Source: the human T2T-CHM13v2.0 reference genome, Homo sapiens. From it: 64,000 nucleotides of DNA. Shown here piece after piece: positions 57,801 to 64,000 of this stretch. The position numbers were made by a program, and so were the translations under genes. Where the stretch lies: the NCBI RefSeq assembly GCF_009914755.1, contig NC_060925.1; one strand, written 5' to 3'. The notes beneath the pieces were generated by a model, which saw only the letters and a list, made by a program, of their open reading frames with translations, ran no database searches and was not told the DNA's origin. Positions within the stretch are counted from its first letter, which is position 1. Every line of letters begins with the position of its first letter.

Positions 57801-60800
57801 AATGGAATCCTCATTGAATGGAAATGAAAGGAGTCATCATCTAATGGAATCGCATGGAGTCATCATCAAATGGAATCGCATGGAATCATCATCAAATGGA
57901 ATCGAATGGAATTATCATTAAATGGAATCTAATGGAATCATTGAACAGAATTGAATGGAATCGTCATCGAATGAATTGAATGCAATCATCGAATGGTCTC
58001 GAATGGAATCATCTTCTAATGGAAAGGAATGGAATCATCGCATAGAATCGAATGGAATTAACATTGATGGACTCGAATGGAATCAACATCAAACGGAATT
58101 AAGCGGAATTATCGAATGGAATCGAAGAGAATCATCGAATGGACTCGAATGGAATCATCTAATGGAATGGAATGGAATAATCCCCGGACTCGAATGCAAT
58201 CATCATCGTATAGAATCGAGTGGAATCATCGAATGGACTCGAATGGAATAATCATCGGATGGATACGAATGGATTCATCATCGAATGGAAATGAAAGGAG
58301 TCATCATCTAATGGAATTGCATGGAATCATCATAAAATGGAATTGAATGGAATCAACATCAAATGGAATCAAATGGAATCATTGAACGGAATTGAATGGA
58401 ATCGTCATCGAATGAATTGAATGCAATCATCGAATGGTCTCAAATGGAATCATCTTCAAATGGAATGGAATGGAATCATCGCATAGAATCGAATGGAATT
58501 ATCATCGAATGGAATCGAATGGTATCAACATAAAATGGAAAAAAACGGAATTATCGAATGGAATCGAAGAGAATCATCGAATGGACCCGAATGGAATCAT
58601 CTAATGGAATGGAATGGAATAATCCATGGACTCGAATGCAGTCATCATCGAATGGAATCGAATGGAATCATCGAATGGACTCGAATGGAATAATCATTGA
58701 ACGGAATCGAATGGAATCATCATCGGATGGAAATGAGTGGAATCATCATCGAATGGAATCGAATAGAATTATGGAATGAAATCTAGTGTGATCATCATCG
58801 AATGGACCCGAATGGAATCATCATCCAACGGAAGCTAATGGTATCAACTTCGAATGAATCGAATGGAAACACCATCGAATTGAAAGGAATGGAATTATCA
58901 TGAAATTGAAATGGATGGACTCATCATCCAATGGATTCAAAAGGAATCATCGAATAAAATTGATTGAAATCATCATCAAATGGATTCGAATGGTACCATT
59001 GAAAGGAATCGAATGGAATCATCATCAGATGGAAATGAATGGAATCGTCATAGAATGGAATCGAATGGATTCATTGAATGGAATCAGATGGAATCATCGA
59101 ATGGACTGGAATGGAATCATTGAATGGACTCGAAAGAGATCATTGTTGAATGGAATTGAATGGAATCATCGAATGGTCTCGATTGGAATCATTATCAAAT
59201 GGAATCGAATGGAATCACCGAATAGAATCGAATGGAACAATCATCGAATGGAGTCAAATGGAATTATCCTCAAATGGAATCGAATGGAATTATCGAATGC
59301 AATCGAATGGAATTATCGAATGCAATCGACTAGAATCATCGAATGGACTCGAATGGAATCATCGAGTATAATGGTATGGAACAGTCAATGAACTCGAATG
59401 GAATCATCATTGAATGGAATCGAATGGAATCATCGAGTGGAATCGAATGGAATTATGATCAAATGGAATCGAATGTAATCATCATCAAATGGAATCAAAA
59501 ATAACCATCATCAGTTGGTATTGAATGGAATTGTCATCAAATGGAATTCAAAGGAATCATCATCAAATGGAACCGAATGGAATCCTCATTGAATGGAAAT
59601 GAAAGGGGTCATCATCTAATGGAATCACATGGAATCATCATCAAATGGAATCGAATGGAATCATCATCAAATGGAATCTAATGGAATCATTGAACAGAAT
59701 TGAATGGAATCGTCATCGAATGAATTGAATGCAATCATCGAATGGTCTCGAATGGAATCATCTTCTAATGGAAAGGAATGGAATCATCGCATAGAATCGA
59801 ATGGAATTAACATTGAATGGACTCGAATGGAATCAACATCAAACGGAATCAAGCGGAATTATCGAATGGAATCGAAGAGAATCATCGAATGGACTCGAAT
59901 GGAATCATCTAATGGAATGGAATGGAATAATCCACGGACTCGAATGCAATCATCATCGTATAGAATCGAATGGAATCATCGAATGGACTCGAATGGAATA
60001 ATCATTGAACGGAATCGAATGGAATCATCATCGGATGGAAATGAATGGAATCATCATCGAATGGAATCGAATAGAATTATGGAATGAAATCCAGTGTGAT
60101 CATCATCGAATGGACCAGAATGGAATCATCATCCAACGGAAGCTAACGGAATCAACATCGAATGAATCGAATGGAAACACCATCGAATTGAAAAGAATGG
60201 AATTATCATGAAATTGAAATGGATGGACTCATCATCGAATGGATTCGAATTGAATCATCGAATAAAATTGATTAAAATCATCATCAAATGGAATCGAATG
60301 GTATCATTGAATGGAATCGAATGGAATCATCATCAGATGGAAATGAATGGAATCGTCATAGAATGGAATCGAATGGATTCATTGAATGGAATCAGATGGA
60401 ATCAACGAATGGACTGGAATGGAATCATTGAATGGACTCGAAAGGGATCATTGTTGAATGGAATTGAATGGAATCATCGAATGGTCTCGATTGGAATCAT
60501 TATCAAATGGAATCGAATGGAATCACCGAATAGAATCGAATGGAACAATCATCGAATGGAGTCAAATGGAATTATCCTCAAATGGAATTGAATGGAATTA
60601 TCGAATGCAATCGAATGGAATTATCGAATGCAATAGAATAGAATCATCAAATGGACTCGAATGGAATCATCGAATGGAATGGAATGGAACAGTCAATGAA
60701 CTCGAATGGAATCATCATTGAATGGAATCGAATGGAATCATCGAGTGGAATCGAATGGAATTATGATCAAACGGAATCGAATGTAATCATCATCAAATGG

Positions 60801-63800
60801 AATCAAAAATAACCATCATCAATTGGTATTGAATGGAATTGTCATCAAATGGAATTCAAAGGAATCATCATCAAATGGAACCGAATGGAATCCTCATTGA
60901 ATGGAAATGAAAGGAGTCATCATCTAATGGAATCGCATGGAGTCATCATCAAATGGAATCGCATGGAATCATCATCAAATGGAATCGAATGGAATTATCA
61001 TTAAATGGAATCTAATGGAATCATTGAACAGAATTGAATGGAATCGTCATCGAATGAATTGAATGCAATCATCGAATGGTCTCGAATGGAATCATCTTCT
61101 AATGGAAAGGAATGGAATCATCGCATAGAATCGAATGGAATTAACATTGATGGACTCGAATGGAATCAACATCAAACGGAATTAAGCGGAATTATCGAAT
61201 AGAATCGAAGAGAATCATCGAATGGACTCGAATGGAATCATCTAATGGAATGGAATGGAATAATCCCCGGACTCGAATGCAATCATCATCGTATAGAATC
61301 GAGTGGAATCATCGAATGGACTCGAATGGAATAATCATCGGATGGATACGAATGGATTCATCATCGAATGGAAATGAAAGGAGTCATCATCTAATGGAAT
61401 TGCATGGAGTCATCATAAAATGGAATTGAATGGAATCAACATCAAATGGAATCAAATGGAATCATTGAACGGAATTGAATGGAATCGTCATCGAATGAAT
61501 TGAATGCAATCATCGAATGTTCTCAAATGGAATCATCTTCAAATGGAATGGAATGGAATCATCGCATAGAATCGAATGGAATTATCATCGAATGGAATCG
61601 AATGGTATCAACATAAAATGGAAAAAAACGGAATTATCGAATGGAATCGAAGAGAATCATCGAATGGACCCGAATGGAATCATCTAATGGAATGGAATGG
61701 AATAATCCATGGACTCGAATGCAGTCATCATCGAATGGAATCGAATGGAATCATCGAATGGACTCGAATGGAATAATCATTGAACGGAATCGAATGGAAT
61801 CATCATCGGATGGAAATGAGTGGAATCATCATCGAATGGAATCGAATAGAATTATGGAATGAAATCTAGTGTGATCATCATCGAATGGACCCGAATGGAA
61901 TCATCATCCAACGGAAGCTAATGGTATCAACTTCGAATGAATCGAATGGAAACACCATCGAATTGAAAGGAATGGAATTATCATGAAATTGAAATGGATG
62001 GACTCATCATCCAATGGATTCAAAAGGAATCATCGAATAAAATTGATTGAAATCATCATCAAATGGATTCGAATGGTACCATTGAAAGGAATCGAATGGA
62101 ATCATCATCAGATGGAAATGAATGGAATCGTCATAGAATGGAATCGAATGGATTCATTGAATGGAATCAGATGGAATCATCGAATGGACTGGAATGGAAT
62201 CATTGAATGGACTCGAAAGAGATCATTGTTGAATGGAATTGAATGGAATCATCGAATGGTCTCGATTGGAATCATTATCAAATGGAATCGAATGGAATCA
62301 CCGAATAGAATCGAATGGAACAATCATCGAATGGAGTCAAATGGAATTATCCTCAAATGGAATCGAATGGAATTATCGAATGCAATCGAATGGAATTATC
62401 GAATGCAATCGACTAGAATCATCGAATGGACTCGAATGGAATCATCGAGTATAATGGTATGGAACAGTCAATGAACTCGAATGGAATCATCATTGAATGG
62501 AATCGAATGGAATCATCGAGTGGAATCGAATGGAATTATGATCAAATGGAATCGAATGTAATCATCATCAAATGGAATCAAAAATAACCATCATCAGTTG
62601 GTATTGAATGGAATTGTCATCAAATGGAATTCAAAGGAATCATCATCAAATGGAACCGAATGGAATCCTCATTGAATGGAAATGAAAGGGGTCATCATCT
62701 AATGGAATCACATGGAATCATCATCAAATGGAATCGAATGGAATCATCATCAAATGGAATCTAATGGAATCATTGAACAGAATTGAATGGAATCGTCATC
62801 GAATGAATTGAATGCAATCATCGAATGGTCTCGAATGGAATCATCTTCTAATGGAAAGGAATGGAATCATCGCATAGAATCGAATGGAATTAACATTGAA
62901 TGGACTCGAATGGAATCAACATCAAACGGAATCAAGCGGAATTATCGAATGGAATCGAAGAGAATCATCGAATGGACTCGAATGGAATCATCTAATGGAA
63001 TGGAATGGAATAATCCACGGACTCGAATGCAATCATCATCGTATAGAATCGAATGGAATCATCGAATGGACTCGAATGGAATAATCATTGAACGGAATCG
63101 AATGGAATCATCATCGGATGGAAATGAATGGAATCATCATCGAATGGAATCGAATAGAATTATGGAATGAAATCCAGTGTGATCATCATCGAATGGACCA
63201 GAATGGAATCATCATCCAACGGAAGCTAACGGAATCAACATCGAATGAATCGAATGGAAACACCATCGAATTGAAAGGAATGGAATTATCATGAAATTGA
63301 AATGGATGGACTCATCATCGAATGGATTCGAATTGAATCATCGAATAAAATTGATTAAAATCATCATCAAATGGAATCGAATGGTATCATTGAATGGAAT
63401 CGAATGGAATCATCATCAGATGGAAATGAATGGAATCGTCATAGAATGGAATCGAATGGATTCATTGAATGGAATCAGATGGAATCAACGAATGGACTGG
63501 AATGGAATCATTGAATGGACTCGAAAGGGATCATTGTTGAATGGAATTGAATGGAATCATCGAATGGTCTCGATTGGAATCATTATCAAATGGAATCGAA
63601 TGGAATCACCGAATAGAATCGAATGGAACAATCATCGAATGGAGTCAAATGGAATTATCCTCAAATGGAATTGAATGGAATTATCGAATGCAATCGAATG
63701 GAATTATCGAATGCAATAGAATAGAATCATCAAATGGACTCGAATGGAATCATCGAATGGAATGGAATGGAACAGTCAATGAACTCGAATGGAATCATCA

Positions 63801-64000
63801 TTGAATGGAATCGAATGGAATCATCGAGTGGAATCGAATGGAATTATGATCAAACGGAATCGAATGTAATCATCATCAAATGGAATCAAAAATAACCATC
63901 ATCAATTGGTATTGAATGGAATTGTCATCAAATGGAATTCAAAGGAATCATCATCAAATGGAACCGAATGGAATCCTCATTGAATGGAAATGAAAGGAGT
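48900..64000 (+). repeat. Homogeneous sub-array of a 3083-bp higher-order repeat (1775 + 1308 bp)
   Basis: Core landmarks at 49184, 50959, 52267, 54042, 55350, 57125, 58900, 60208, 61983 and 63291. Private KpnI site GGTACC at 51051, 54134, 57217, 58992 and 62075 (spacings 3083, 3083, 1775, 3083). Confidence 0.93.
49490..64000 (+). repeat. 7941-bp duplication nested in the 3083-bp sub-array (second copy cut by the window end)
   Basis: 50014/57955, 50959/58900, 53219/61160 and 55147/63088 are all 7941 apart and share copy-specific variants (e.g. GCATGGAGTCATCATAA, TGAAAGGAATG in an A-type unit). Confidence 0.88.

Larger units (their letters stand above)
1..64000 (+). repeat. Human satellite 2 (HSat2/HSATII) pericentromeric tandem array, GAATG strand on +
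   Basis: Continuous diverged GAATG pentamers interspersed with ATC/ATCATC and TCGA, forming 23- and 26-bp monomers. This is the HSat2 signature, whereas HSat3 is dominated by longer pure (GGAAT)n runs. No non-satellite sequence was seen. Confidence 0.98.

Noticed and set aside
193-63804. Many + strand ORFs of 62-163 aa (MESSSNELNA..., MKLKWMDSSS...)
   Set aside because: These are low-complexity translations of GAATG/ATC repeats. They overlap in several frames, are freely broken by stops and frameshifts between copies, and show no recognisable domain or gene structure.
1-64000. CRISPR-like array of 23-26 bp repeats
   Set aside because: Monomers are directly adjacent with no unique spacers, and there is no leader or cas gene.
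1-64000. HSat3 or alpha satellite assignment
   Set aside because: Pure GGAAT runs are only about 3-4 copies and ATCATCGAATG is pervasive, which indicates HSat2. There is no 171-bp monomer.
1-64000. Strand inversion or Alu/L1/other insertion
   Set aside because: No CATTC-rich stretch, poly(A) tail or non-satellite sequence was seen. The A5-A9 runs are a fixed part of the module.
1-64000. Heat-shock elements or stable hairpins from GAA and TCGA motifs
   Set aside because: GAA motifs are almost all direct repeats rather than the alternating inverted nGAAn arrays of a canonical HSE. Palindromes are only 4-8 bp.

Overview
The whole 64 kb window is one uninterrupted, single-orientation array of classical human satellite 2 (HSat2/HSATII). 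The + strand is GAATG-rich and built from diverged 23/26-bp monomers of the type GAATGGAATC(ATC)1-2GAATGGAATC. The basic unit is 1776 bp with one EcoRI site, which matches the 1.77-kb satellite described for chromosome 1q12 (pUC1.77/D1Z1); that assignment is an inference and needs alignment. I found no credible gene, RNA gene, mobile element or CRISPR array, and all ORFs in the track are translations of the repeat. I did not find a new protein- or RNA-based system. The interesting content is the array architecture. Unit lengths follow 840 + n x 468 bp (about 1308, 1776, 2244, 2712). A heterogeneous, mosaic region (1 to ~48.7 kb) carries overlapping duplications of about 6258, 6257/8007, 1750, 1307 and 2390 bp. 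It switches to a highly homogeneous 3083-bp dimeric higher-order repeat with a nested 7941-bp duplication (~49 kb to the end). Offsets come from ORF-track landmarks and from private variants read by eye, so breakpoints are approximate.
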